From Cellvibrionaceae bacterium (GTDB taxonomy: Bacteria > Pseudomonadota > Gammaproteobacteria > Pseudomonadales > Cellvibrionaceae): a DNA stretch of 13,634 bases. A program made the translations under genes and the position numbers. Below are positions 5,906 through 13,634 of this stretch, piece by piece. The notes under the pieces were generated by a model that was not told the DNA's origin, did not search any database, and worked only from the letters and a program-made list of their open reading frames with translations. The stretch spans positions 1 through 13,634 of the forward strand of contig JAHQVY010000357.1 in assembly GCA_019634095.1 (NCBI GenBank), read 5' to 3'. The first letter of the stretch is position 1. The number at the start of each line of letters is the position of its first letter.

Positions 5906-7876
5906 GTGAACCAAGTTGATTATATTGCTTATTTAACCGGGATTGCTGTAGTAATTGGTGCGCTTTTTGTGATTGCATTGGTTATTATTTCGATATTTAA
6001 AGCGTTTTATGTGAAGGTAGAGCAGGGTGTTGCTTTGATAAAAAATGATACCGGTAATACACCCAAGGTGGTGTTTACCGGCACCTGGATTATTCCGGTG
6101 ATTCATAAAAAAGAGTTGATGCGTATTTCCCTGATTACCATGGAAGTGGACCGTCGCGGCAAAGACGGTTTGATTTGTGCCGACAATATGCGAGCCGATA
6201 TTACCGTGGCTTTTTACTTGCGGGTGAATGAAACCCCCGAGGATGTGCTGCAAGTCGCCAAATCTTTGGGTGCCTCGCGGGCCTCGGATAAAGATGCAGT
6301 GCACGAGTTGTTCAATGCTAAATTTTCTGAAGCCCTAAAAACAGTGGGCAAGCAAATAGAATTTGTAAAGCTATTTGAAGATAGGCAAACCTTCCGTGAA
6401 AAAATTAAACGCGTGATTGGCGATGATCTCAACGGTTATATTCTCGAAGATGTGGCGATTGATTACCTGGAGCAAACACCCAAATCGTCCCTCGATCCCA
6501 GTAATATTCTCGATTCCCAAGGCATTCGCAAAATTACCGAACTTACCGCAACCCAGAATGTGCGCACCAACGAGTTAGAGCGCGATGAAGAGTTGGCGAT
6601 TAAAAAGAAGAATGTCGAAACGACTGAAGCCAGGCTGGAGTTAGAGCGGCAACAAGCCGATGCCGAGGCGCGTCAGCAACGGGAGATTCTGAGTATCCAA
6701 GCCAGAGAGGAAGCCGAAACCAAGCGCATTCAAGAGGAAGAGCGCAAAAAATCTGAGGAAACCGCCATTGCGGTTGAGCAAGAATTGTCGGTGCAGCGAG
6801 AAAATCAACAGCGAGAAGTGGAAGTGGCGCAGCAAAATCGACAGCGCGCAGTGGCCATTGAAGTAGAGCGGGTGAGCAAAGCGCGCGATTTAGAAATTGT
6901 CGCCCGGGAGCGCGAGGTGGAATTGCAGCGAATTGGCGCAGAAAAAGATATCGAAAAAGAGCGCAAAGAAATTGCCAATGTTATTCGCGAGCGGGTAACC
7001 GTGGATAAATCTGTGGCGGTGGAAGAGGAAAAAATTAAAGAAGTGCGCGAAATCTCTGAAGCCGATCGCGCCAAACAAGCCGCAGTATTGCAAGCCGAGG
7101 CCGATGCCGAAACCGAAAAGGTGAAGCAGGTGCAGCAGGCTGAAGCAGAGGGCTTAGCCGCGAAATACCGCGCTGAAGAAGTGGTAACGATGGCTCAAGC
7201 TAAGTTGGAAGCGGCGGCAAAAGATGCCGATGCCAAGAAAAAACTCGCCGAAGGGGTGGAGGCGGAAGAGGCGGCCATGGGAATCGCCGAAGCCAAGGTC
7301 AGAGAAGCCCAGGCGATGGCCTTAGAAAAAGAAGGTTTGGCGGAAGCCAAAGTGATTACTTCCAAAGGCGAAGCCAATGCCACAGCCTTGGAAAAAGCCG
7401 GCACTGCCGAAGCCAATGTGCTGGCATTTAAAGGTGAGGCGCAAGCCAAGGCGGTGCGTGACACCGGGTTATCGGAAGCCGACGTAAGCCGGGAAAAACT
7501 CCGCGCGGAAGCGGAAGGGCTAGTCGAAAAATTCGAGGCGATGAGCAGCTTGAGCGGCGATGCACGCGACCACGAAGAATTTCGTATGTCTTTGGAAACG
7601 GCCTTGGAAGAGGCCTTGGCTTCCATAGAAGCGGGCAAAGTGGTTGCCAAGGAAAATGCCGAAGTACTGGCTACCGCTTTGCAAAATTCCAATATCGATA
7701 TTGTTGGTGGGGAAGAGCATTTCTTTAACAACTTCGCTAAATCTTTGTCGATTGGCAAAGCCATAGATGGTTTGGCAGCAAAGAGCGGCACTGTGGAAGC
7801 CTTGCTGCATAAATTTATGTCGATGCAAAAACCTTCAGAAAAAAGCAATGGTGCGGCTGTTGATCCCCAGCACTAG
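5906..7876 (+). CDS. SPFH/band-7 flotillin-like protein (YqiK-like), 656 aa
   Basis: GTG start with an AAGGAG RBS (5893-5898). It has an N-terminal TM helix and an SPFH domain (KVVFTGTWIIPVIHKKELMRISLITMEV…DNMRADITVAFYLRVNE…). This is followed by ~350 aa of E/A/K/R/Q-rich coiled coil with flotillin-type EA repeats (AEAKV…AEANV…AEADV). The antisense Ala/Ser-rich ORF 7195-7848 is its compositional shadow. Confidence 0.88.
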   Translation: MNQVDYIAYLTGIAVVIGALFVIALVIISIFKAFYVKVEQGVALIKNDTGNTPKVVFTGTWIIPVIHKKELMRISLITMEVDRRGKDGLICADNMRADITVAFYLRVNETPEDVLQVAKSLGASRASDKDAVHELFNAKFSEALKTVGKQIEFVKLFEDRQTFREKIKRVIGDDLNGYILEDVAIDYLEQTPKSSLDPSNILDSQGIRKITELTATQNVRTNELERDEELAIKKKNVETTEARLELERQQADAEARQQREILSIQAREEAETKRIQEEERKKSEETAIAVEQELSVQRENQQREVEVAQQNRQRAVAIEVERVSKARDLEIVAREREVELQRIGAEKDIEKERKEIANVIRERVTVDKSVAVEEEKIKEVREISEADRAKQAAVLQAEADAETEKVKQVQQAEAEGLAAKYRAEEVVTMAQAKLEAAAKDADAKKKLAEGVEAEEAAMGIAEAKVREAQAMALEKEGLAEAKVITSKGEANATALEKAGTAEANVLAFKGEAQAKAVRDTGLSEADVSREKLRAEAEGLVEKFEAMSSLSGDARDHEEFRMSLETALEEALASIEAGKVVAKENAEVLATALQNSNIDIVGGEEHFFNNFAKSLSIGKAIDGLAAKSGTVEALLHKFMSMQKPSEKSNGAAVDPQH

Positions 7877-7952
7877 GCATACCTCAGATAGCCACTGTGT
7901 TACCGGCTGATAAAACCTTAGGGTTCAGTGATTAGGAGAAAAAGGAATACGT

Positions 7953-10900
7953 ATGGCTGATACCGCTTCTGAACCACCCAGCTCCATAGACAGCGCTGTT
8001 GCTGAAGGTGGCGCCTACGATGTTTTACGCAGGCGCCTAAACGAGCAGGGCCAAGCATTAAATGAACAAGTTAAGAACATTAATAGCGCCAGACTCGCCG
8101 AGTTTGGCCAGTCTGATCTTAAAATAGCCACCCGCACCCGAGTGCGCACCGCAAATAACTGCGTTGCGCGGGATATTGTGCAAGTGGGTGAGCTGTTGCT
8201 GTTTTCTTACAACGTATTTATTGGCTTAAAAAAAGCCACGCAAATTAACGATGTGTTTGCGGTATTTAAATTGCAGCACAGTGGCGATCAATACGAGTTA
8301 CTGAGTGTCGATATCGATACCAGTTTTCTCAACGATAGTCGCTTTCAGAAAGATTTTAACGAGCTGTACCACTACTATAAAAAAACCCACCTCAAAGAAA
8401 CCCGCGTGGTTAACGGGCTCTTGCTGATGGGCTTTCAAATTAGTGAGCGCGAGGAAGATATCCGCGTATTTCGCTGGTCGCTATCTGCCGATGGCACTGT
8501 GCTTAAGTACATCGATAATCGTGGCGAGCGCGACTTAGTATTGCCGCCAAGCTTTGATTTTGACTGGCAAGAAGCCACCCGAGAAGACACGGTGCAAGGG
8601 CGTTATCCCCATGTGAATATTCTCGATACGCTGTTCGTCGAAACCATTAACGGCGATTTGACCATAAAAATAGAGGACAATACCGAAGATGGTCAGGGCA
8701 TTTACCGAGAGGCGGTGGAGGATGGCAACCAGAGTATTGATGACGCCGCATTTTGCTACGCCCGCTTGGGCGGCTTAATTTTACTTAAGGTGCTGCCTTA
8801 CAAAGAAAAACACTATCGCCATTTTGTTTACAATACCCTCACCGAACAGGTGCTGCGTCTGGATGCGATTGCCAGCTCCTGCGTGCAACTGCCGGAAGAT
8901 CACGGCATTATTTTTCCGGGCGGTTATTTTTTGCAAGATGGTGAGCACAAAGACTTTGCCGGCGATGTTGCCGGTATGCGCTTTCAACGCAAAATTCGCT
9001 CTCCCAATGGCGAGGATTTTCTCTATGTTTTTTATGAGCCGATTAGCGGAACCTCGGTACTGCTAGCTTATAATTTAATAGAAAAACGCCTGCAAAACCC
9101 CTTGTACTGTCACGGTTACGCCCTGGGAGACGATGGCAAAATTGTGATGTTTGTCGCCGAAGAGGAAGCGACGCGGGTGCACCCGATGCAAATTTGGCAA
9201 ACTCCCTTTGTCGGCGATGACTACGCCAGTCAACAGCCGAAGAGCCAGTCCTTTTTTAGCCGTATTGGCAACGCTTCCCTGGTTCGGGGCATATCCGATG
9301 TGTTTAGTATTTGCCGATCGGTAAATAATCAGTCGGTAACATTAAAAGTGTATGAAGAGTTGGCTGGGCAAAGCAAAAAAATCTTTGATAACCATTATTG
9401 GATTGATAGCGATGAATGCCACGGGATTGCCAATTTAATTCGCAGTATTGCGGAAACCGCCGAGTTAACCATCGACGAGTTTCAAAAAGTTCAGAGTATT
9501 CAGCAGCAGTCAAACCAAGCTCTGGAAAAGGCCAAACAACAGCAGCAAGCACTGTTGTTAGAGATACGCAACAGCGCCTGGCAACAAGCCTTAGACTATG
9601 TTAACGCCCTGGGTGACTTAAAAAAGTTACGCGGCCATTTGGCCAGTATTCGCCAGTTGCGCTATATCGATGTGGCGCAAATTGCGCTGCTAGAAAGCGA
9701 ACTGTTGCAAAGCCAAGAGGATTTAAATACGCGTACCGCCGAGTTTCTCAGCCAAGATAAGGCCTTTGAGCCCTACCAAGAAACCATTGCTAATTTGGAT
9801 AAGGCGGTGGAAAAAGCCGACAGCAACATAAGCCTGTCGCCGTTGTTGGAACAAATGGATCAGCTCGCTGAGGGGCTGGATATGTTAACCGATATGATGT
9901 CGACATTGCAGGTGGCGGATGTCAACGTGCGCACCCAGATTATCGATGCCACCACCTCGGTGTATGCCAAGCTTAACCAGAGTCGCGCCCTGGCAAAACA
10001 CAAGCAAAAGAACTTGGGCTCGAAAGAGGCCACGGCGCAATTCGCCGCGCAATTTAAGTTGTTTTCGCAAAGTGTCACCAATGCCTTGGGTTTGGCGGCA
10101 ACGCCCGAAGAGTGCGACAAACAGATGTCGCGCCTGCTGGTGCAGCTTGAAGATTTGGAAAGTCAATTTGGTGAATTTGAACAGTTTCTCGGCGATATTA
10201 TTAGTAAACGCGAAGAAGTGTACGAAAGTTTTGAAGCGCATAAGCAGCAATTACTGGATGCACAACAACGTAAAGCCCAGAATATTTTCGATGCCGCTGA
10301 ACGGGCACTGGCGAGCATTGAACGCCGAGTGAATAAGTTTAAAGACATGGATGCGCTCAACACCTATCTGGGTTCCGATGCCCTGGTATTAAAAATTAAC
10401 GACTTTGTGGAACAGCTTAGGCAACTCAATGCCTCGGTGCAGGCCGAAGATGTGAGCAGTCGTTTAAAAGGGATTAAAGATCAGGGCTTGCGCCTGCTGC
10501 GCGATAAAGCCGAGATCTACGAAGGCGAGGGCAATGTGATTAAGCTGGGCCCGCGGCATAAATTTAGCGTAAATACCCAAAGCTTAGATTTAACCATTAT
10601 TCCACGGCAGCAGGATCTTTACCTACATTTAACGGGCACCGACTTTTTTGAGACTATCAACGATTCCCCCTTAAGTCAGTTAAGCGCGTATTGGGACGTT
10701 GCCCACGAAAGTGAAAGTCCATTTTTTTGCCGTGCAGAGTTTTTGGCGGCCTCGGTTATGCAGCAGGCGCAAACTGCGCCCCAGCAACCCTTAATGGACC
10801 TGCTTAAATCGGAAAACGCCTTGCTGGAGCGGGTGCGAGATTACGCGGCGCCGCGTTACAAAGAAGGTTATACAAAGGGCATACACGATCACGACGCCGC

Positions 10901-13259
10901 AAAAATTCTCAGCCAGCTGATCCCCGCCCTGGCGCAGGCTGGGCATTTAAAGTACGACCCGCTATGTCGGGGCTTGGCCCAGGTTTTTTGGGCAAATATC
11001 GAAAAGATTGCCTCGCAACTGGCGAGTTTGCGACTCAGCTACAGTACCTGGCCGGAACGGGCACAATCGGCGGCAAGGCTGGCGAATTTATTGTCCAGTT
11101 TGGAGGCGAAACAGCAGTTGGCCACAGAAATTGAAGTCGCGCTTACTGAATTTGTTAAACATCACCCAATTGTTGCCACGCCTCTGGTGTTAAAACGCAG
11201 TGCCGCTTACTTGGTGGATGAACTGGGCAGCGAAACTATCCGTTTTGTGTGCAGCAAACATGGAATGGAACTCGCCGAAGCGCTGAAGCGCACCTTAGAC
11301 CAAGACAGCTGGCGCCATTTTCAAGTGGCCTTAGAGCGCATGTTAGGCTGGCCGGCGGAACGCTGGCAGCTGAGTGAAAGTTGGTTTAAAGCCTTAGTTG
11401 AGAATAAGTCGCTGGCTCACCTACAACACTATATTCCCGAAGCGGTGGCAATTGTTAACACCGAAAACCGCTTAGAGCGCGAACTGTCCCAGGCGGAATT
11501 GGAGCTGCACATCGACGGTTTACTCAGCGAGCACTCGCGTATTGAAAACCGCTGCTTGGCTTTGTCTATCGACGATTTTCTTACCCGCTATTCAGACCAT
11601 TGCGGCGAATTTATTCCCGAATATCATCGCTACCAAGCACTGCGCAAACAGACGATTCAAGAAAAGCGCGAACAATTGCGTTTAGAAGAGCTGAAACCGC
11701 GCCCGCTGAGCTCGTTTGTACGCAACCGTTTAATTAATGAAAGCTACCTGCCGATTATTGGCGATAATTTAGCGAAACAAATGGGCACCATTGGCGATAA
11801 CAAGCGCAGCGATTTAATGGGCTTGTTAATGATGATATCGCCGCCGGGTTACGGGAAAACCACTTTGATGGAATATGTGGCCGACCGCTTGGGTTTGATT
11901 TTTATGAAAATCAACTGCCCCAGCCTGGGGCATGATGTGCTGTCGCTCGACCCCAGCCAAGCGCCCAACGCGACGGCGCAACAAGAGTTAAAAAAGCTTA
12001 ATCTGGCGCTGGAAATGGGCAATAACGTAATGTTGTACCTCGATGATATACAGCATACCGACCCAGAATTTCTGCAAAAATTTATCTCTTTGTGTGATGG
12101 CACGCGGCGTATTGAGGGAGTGTGGCAAGGCCAATCGCGCACCTATGATATGCGCGGTAAAAAGTTTTGTGTGGTGATGGCGGGTAACCCCTACACTGAA
12201 TCTGGCGAGCTGTTTAAGGTACCCGATATGTTAGCCAACCGCGCCGACATTTATAATTTGGGGGATATTTTAGGGGGGATGGATGAGCAATTCGCCCTGA
12301 GCTATATCGAAAATAGTTTAACCTCTAACCCGGTGTTGGCGCCGCTGGCCACTCGCGATATGCAAGACACGTATTTATTAATTGCTATGGCCGAGGGCAA
12401 AGAGGTGGCCAGCTCAGATTTAAAACATCAATACAGTGCCGCGGAAGTTAAAGAGATTTGCGATGTGCTGAAAAAACTATTTGTGATTCGCGATATTGTG
12501 CTAAAAATTAATCAGCAGTATATCGAGTCTGCCGCCCAAGATGAGCAGAATCGGGTTGAACCGCCGTTTAAGCTCCAGGGCAGCTACCGCAATATGAATA
12601 AAATGGCAGAGAAGGTAGCGGCGGTGCTGAACGCGGCGGAATTGCAGCAGCTGATTGACGATCATTATCGCGGTGAATCGCAATTGCTGACCCAGGGTTC
12701 TGAAGAAAACCTCCTTAAGTTGGCCGAATTGCGCGGCACTCTTAGCCATGCGCAACAACAACGCTGGCAGGACATTAAACAGCGCTTTGTGCGCAACCAA
12801 AAACTGGGGGGTAAAAATAGCGATGCTGCAAGCCAAGTGGTGGCGCAGCTGGGGGACATTGCCGGTGTTTTAACGGCGTTACAGCACAATATGCAGGCGG
12901 GTGTGGAAAACGCTTTGCATACACCACAGCCCGCCGCGAAAAGCGATACCGACAGCGTTATTCTCGGCGCTTTAGACAAAATTCAAGGCTCTATTAGCGC
13001 ATCGTTGGCGAAGGTGCAAGTGGTGAATCAACCGGTGCCGGGTATGGATAAAGTGCTGCGCGTATTGGCGAACACCCTTGAGCAAAGTATTTTTCCGCTG
13101 ATGAAAAACATGGATAAAAAGTTTGAAATAGATTTGAGTACTCACAATAAAATAAGCGATCTGTTTCAACAGCTTAAAAATTTAGAAATGCAAATAAAAA
13201 TGGAAAACGCAGAGAGTACGGTGAGTGTGAGAGAAAACGTGGTGAAGAATAAACCTTAA
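7953..13259 (+). CDS. Giant (1768 aa) multidomain protein with a C-terminal-third AAA+ ATPase module; uncharacterised family
   Basis: A single uninterrupted ORF, with an AGGAG/AAGGAA RBS region upstream of the ATG. AAA+ motifs: Walker A SPPGYGKTTL (aa ~1296-1305, nt ~11838-11867), Walker B VMLYLDDIQH (aa ~1360-1367), and sensor-1-like VVMAGNP (aa ~1407-1413). The N-terminal ~450 aa are mixed alpha/beta. Residues ~500-850 are Q/L/E-rich coiled coil. Residues ~850-1290 are helical. About 350 aa follow the ATPase. There is no sigma54-activator GAFTGA motif and no N-terminal P-loop. Confidence 0.85.
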   Translation: MADTASEPPSSIDSAVAEGGAYDVLRRRLNEQGQALNEQVKNINSARLAEFGQSDLKIATRTRVRTANNCVARDIVQVGELLLFSYNVFIGLKKATQINDVFAVFKLQHSGDQYELLSVDIDTSFLNDSRFQKDFNELYHYYKKTHLKETRVVNGLLLMGFQISEREEDIRVFRWSLSADGTVLKYIDNRGERDLVLPPSFDFDWQEATREDTVQGRYPHVNILDTLFVETINGDLTIKIEDNTEDGQGIYREAVEDGNQSIDDAAFCYARLGGLILLKVLPYKEKHYRHFVYNTLTEQVLRLDAIASSCVQLPEDHGIIFPGGYFLQDGEHKDFAGDVAGMRFQRKIRSPNGEDFLYVFYEPISGTSVLLAYNLIEKRLQNPLYCHGYALGDDGKIVMFVAEEEATRVHPMQIWQTPFVGDDYASQQPKSQSFFSRIGNASLVRGISDVFSICRSVNNQSVTLKVYEELAGQSKKIFDNHYWIDSDECHGIANLIRSIAETAELTIDEFQKVQSIQQQSNQALEKAKQQQQALLLEIRNSAWQQALDYVNALGDLKKLRGHLASIRQLRYIDVAQIALLESELLQSQEDLNTRTAEFLSQDKAFEPYQETIANLDKAVEKADSNISLSPLLEQMDQLAEGLDMLTDMMSTLQVADVNVRTQIIDATTSVYAKLNQSRALAKHKQKNLGSKEATAQFAAQFKLFSQSVTNALGLAATPEECDKQMSRLLVQLEDLESQFGEFEQFLGDIISKREEVYESFEAHKQQLLDAQQRKAQNIFDAAERALASIERRVNKFKDMDALNTYLGSDALVLKINDFVEQLRQLNASVQAEDVSSRLKGIKDQGLRLLRDKAEIYEGEGNVIKLGPRHKFSVNTQSLDLTIIPRQQDLYLHLTGTDFFETINDSPLSQLSAYWDVAHESESPFFCRAEFLAASVMQQAQTAPQQPLMDLLKSENALLERVRDYAAPRYKEGYTKGIHDHDAAKILSQLIPALAQAGHLKYDPLCRGLAQVFWANIEKIASQLASLRLSYSTWPERAQSAARLANLLSSLEAKQQLATEIEVALTEFVKHHPIVATPLVLKRSAAYLVDELGSETIRFVCSKHGMELAEALKRTLDQDSWRHFQVALERMLGWPAERWQLSESWFKALVENKSLAHLQHYIPEAVAIVNTENRLERELSQAELELHIDGLLSEHSRIENRCLALSIDDFLTRYSDHCGEFIPEYHRYQALRKQTIQEKREQLRLEELKPRPLSSFVRNRLINESYLPIIGDNLAKQMGTIGDNKRSDLMGLLMMISPPGYGKTTLMEYVADRLGLIFMKINCPSLGHDVLSLDPSQAPNATAQQELKKLNLALEMGNNVMLYLDDIQHTDPEFLQKFISLCDGTRRIEGVWQGQSRTYDMRGKKFCVVMAGNPYTESGELFKVPDMLANRADIYNLGDILGGMDEQFALSYIENSLTSNPVLAPLATRDMQDTYLLIAMAEGKEVASSDLKHQYSAAEVKEICDVLKKLFVIRDIVLKINQQYIESAAQDEQNRVEPPFKLQGSYRNMNKMAEKVAAVLNAAELQQLIDDHYRGESQLLTQGSEENLLKLAELRGTLSHAQQQRWQDIKQRFVRNQKLGGKNSDAASQVVAQLGDIAGVLTALQHNMQAGVENALHTPQPAAKSDTDSVILGALDKIQGSISASLAKVQVVNQPVPGMDKVLRVLANTLEQSIFPLMKNMDKKFEIDLSTHNKISDLFQQLKNLEMQIKMENAESTVSVRENVVKNKP

Positions 13260-13274
13260 GGTGAAGCGCACTTA

Positions 13275-13468
13275 ATATATACCCAAAACACTTGTGATTT
13301 AGGTCTCATGAGCACGACCCTAAGTGCCCTTGGCGGTGTTGCTCCGCCTTAAATAGAATGGCTATTCTGCGTTGCCCTATTACCTCACATCCCTGTGAGT
13401 ACCGCCTTGCCAAGAACAAAAATTGGCGCACGCCTAACACCTAAATCTCAAACGCTTTGGGTATATAT
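13275..13468 (+). mobile_element. MITE-like non-coding repeat element, copy B (~194 bp) with perfect 10-bp terminal inverted repeats ATATATACCC...GGGTATATAT
   Basis: About 90% identical to 160-348. The termini 13275-13284 and 13459-13468 are exact reverse complements. The GGCGG-tgttgct-CCGCC hairpin is conserved (13332-13348). In the second hairpin, CTCACA-tccc-TGTGAG (13384-13399), the stem is preserved but the loop differs from copy A. Confidence 0.6.
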
Positions 13469-13485
13469 CCGCTGGCGGTGCAGGC

Positions 13486-13525
13486 TTAAACCTAAATTAA
13501 TCAGTTGGATCTACTGCGGACGCCC
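13486..13525 (+). repeat. Partner of the inverted repeat at 5840-5879
   Basis: See feature 5840-5879. It lies just downstream of MITE copy B, presumably in the upstream region of the next gene, which is outside the window. Confidence 0.45.
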
Positions 13526-13634
13526 AATGAATTGAAATTAAAGCGTTTTTTCAGTTTTGCGGCTGCACCCGTAGAGTGACTACGAATTTGCCTCAAAACT
13601 TAAAAAATTCACTCTAATTTCAGCCCCTTGAACG

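Noticed and set aside
7195-7848. A 217-aa Ala/Ser-rich ORF on the minus strand, plus smaller antisense ORFs 6641-7093.
   Set aside because: These are antisense shadows of the GAA/GCC-rich EA-repeat coiled coil of the flotillin gene. They have low complexity and no start context.
8781-12979. Multiple 60-137-aa ORFs on both strands inside the giant gene (for example 9885-10250 minus and 9919-10332 plus).
   Set aside because: All are nested within a continuous 5.3-kb ORF that has coherent AAA+ motifs. They are alternative-frame artefacts.
1-13634. The segment considered as a horizontally acquired island or prophage.
   Set aside because: There is no integrase, transposase, tRNA or att-like site within the window. 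The flanking repeats are short non-autonomous elements. Base composition looks uniform by eye but was not computed.

Overview
This is a plus-strand, gene-dense window with gammaproteobacterial-type gene content. From left to right it contains eight elements:

1. The last 33 codons of a membrane-fusion (HlyD/MacA-type) efflux adaptor gene (2-100).
2. A 300-bp gap carrying a perfect 13-bp direct repeat and a ~190-bp MITE-like element with terminal inverted repeats (160-348).
3. A MacB/LolD-type ABC ATPase (401-1162) and an 807-aa double-FtsX-domain permease (1174-3597). This pair is YbbA/YbbP-like and probably forms a split tripartite efflux operon with the upstream adaptor.
4. An AT-rich spacer carrying a 42-bp perfect palindrome (3683-3724).
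5. A same-strand five-gene block (3757-13259), in order: a YjfI-like DUF2170 protein with an N-terminal basic, RHH-like extension; a PspA/IM30 (ESCRT-III superfamily, YjfJ-like) protein; a YqiJ/NfeD-like membrane protein; a YqiK-like SPFH/flotillin; and a giant 1768-aa protein with long coiled-coil regions and a C-terminal-third AAA+ ATPase module.
6. This block merges what are two separate loci in E. coli (yjfIJ and yqiJK) and adds the giant AAA+ protein. It is the best candidate for an undescribed PspA/flotillin/AAA+ membrane-remodelling or envelope-stress system.
7. A second, same-orientation copy of the MITE-like element (13275-13468), about 90% identical to the first.
8. A 40-bp segment (13486-13525) that is an inverted copy of the NfeD-flotillin intergenic region (5840-5879).

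No tRNA, rRNA, CRISPR, integrase or transposase genes were seen. All functional calls rest on recognisable motifs and remembered family signatures, not on database searches.
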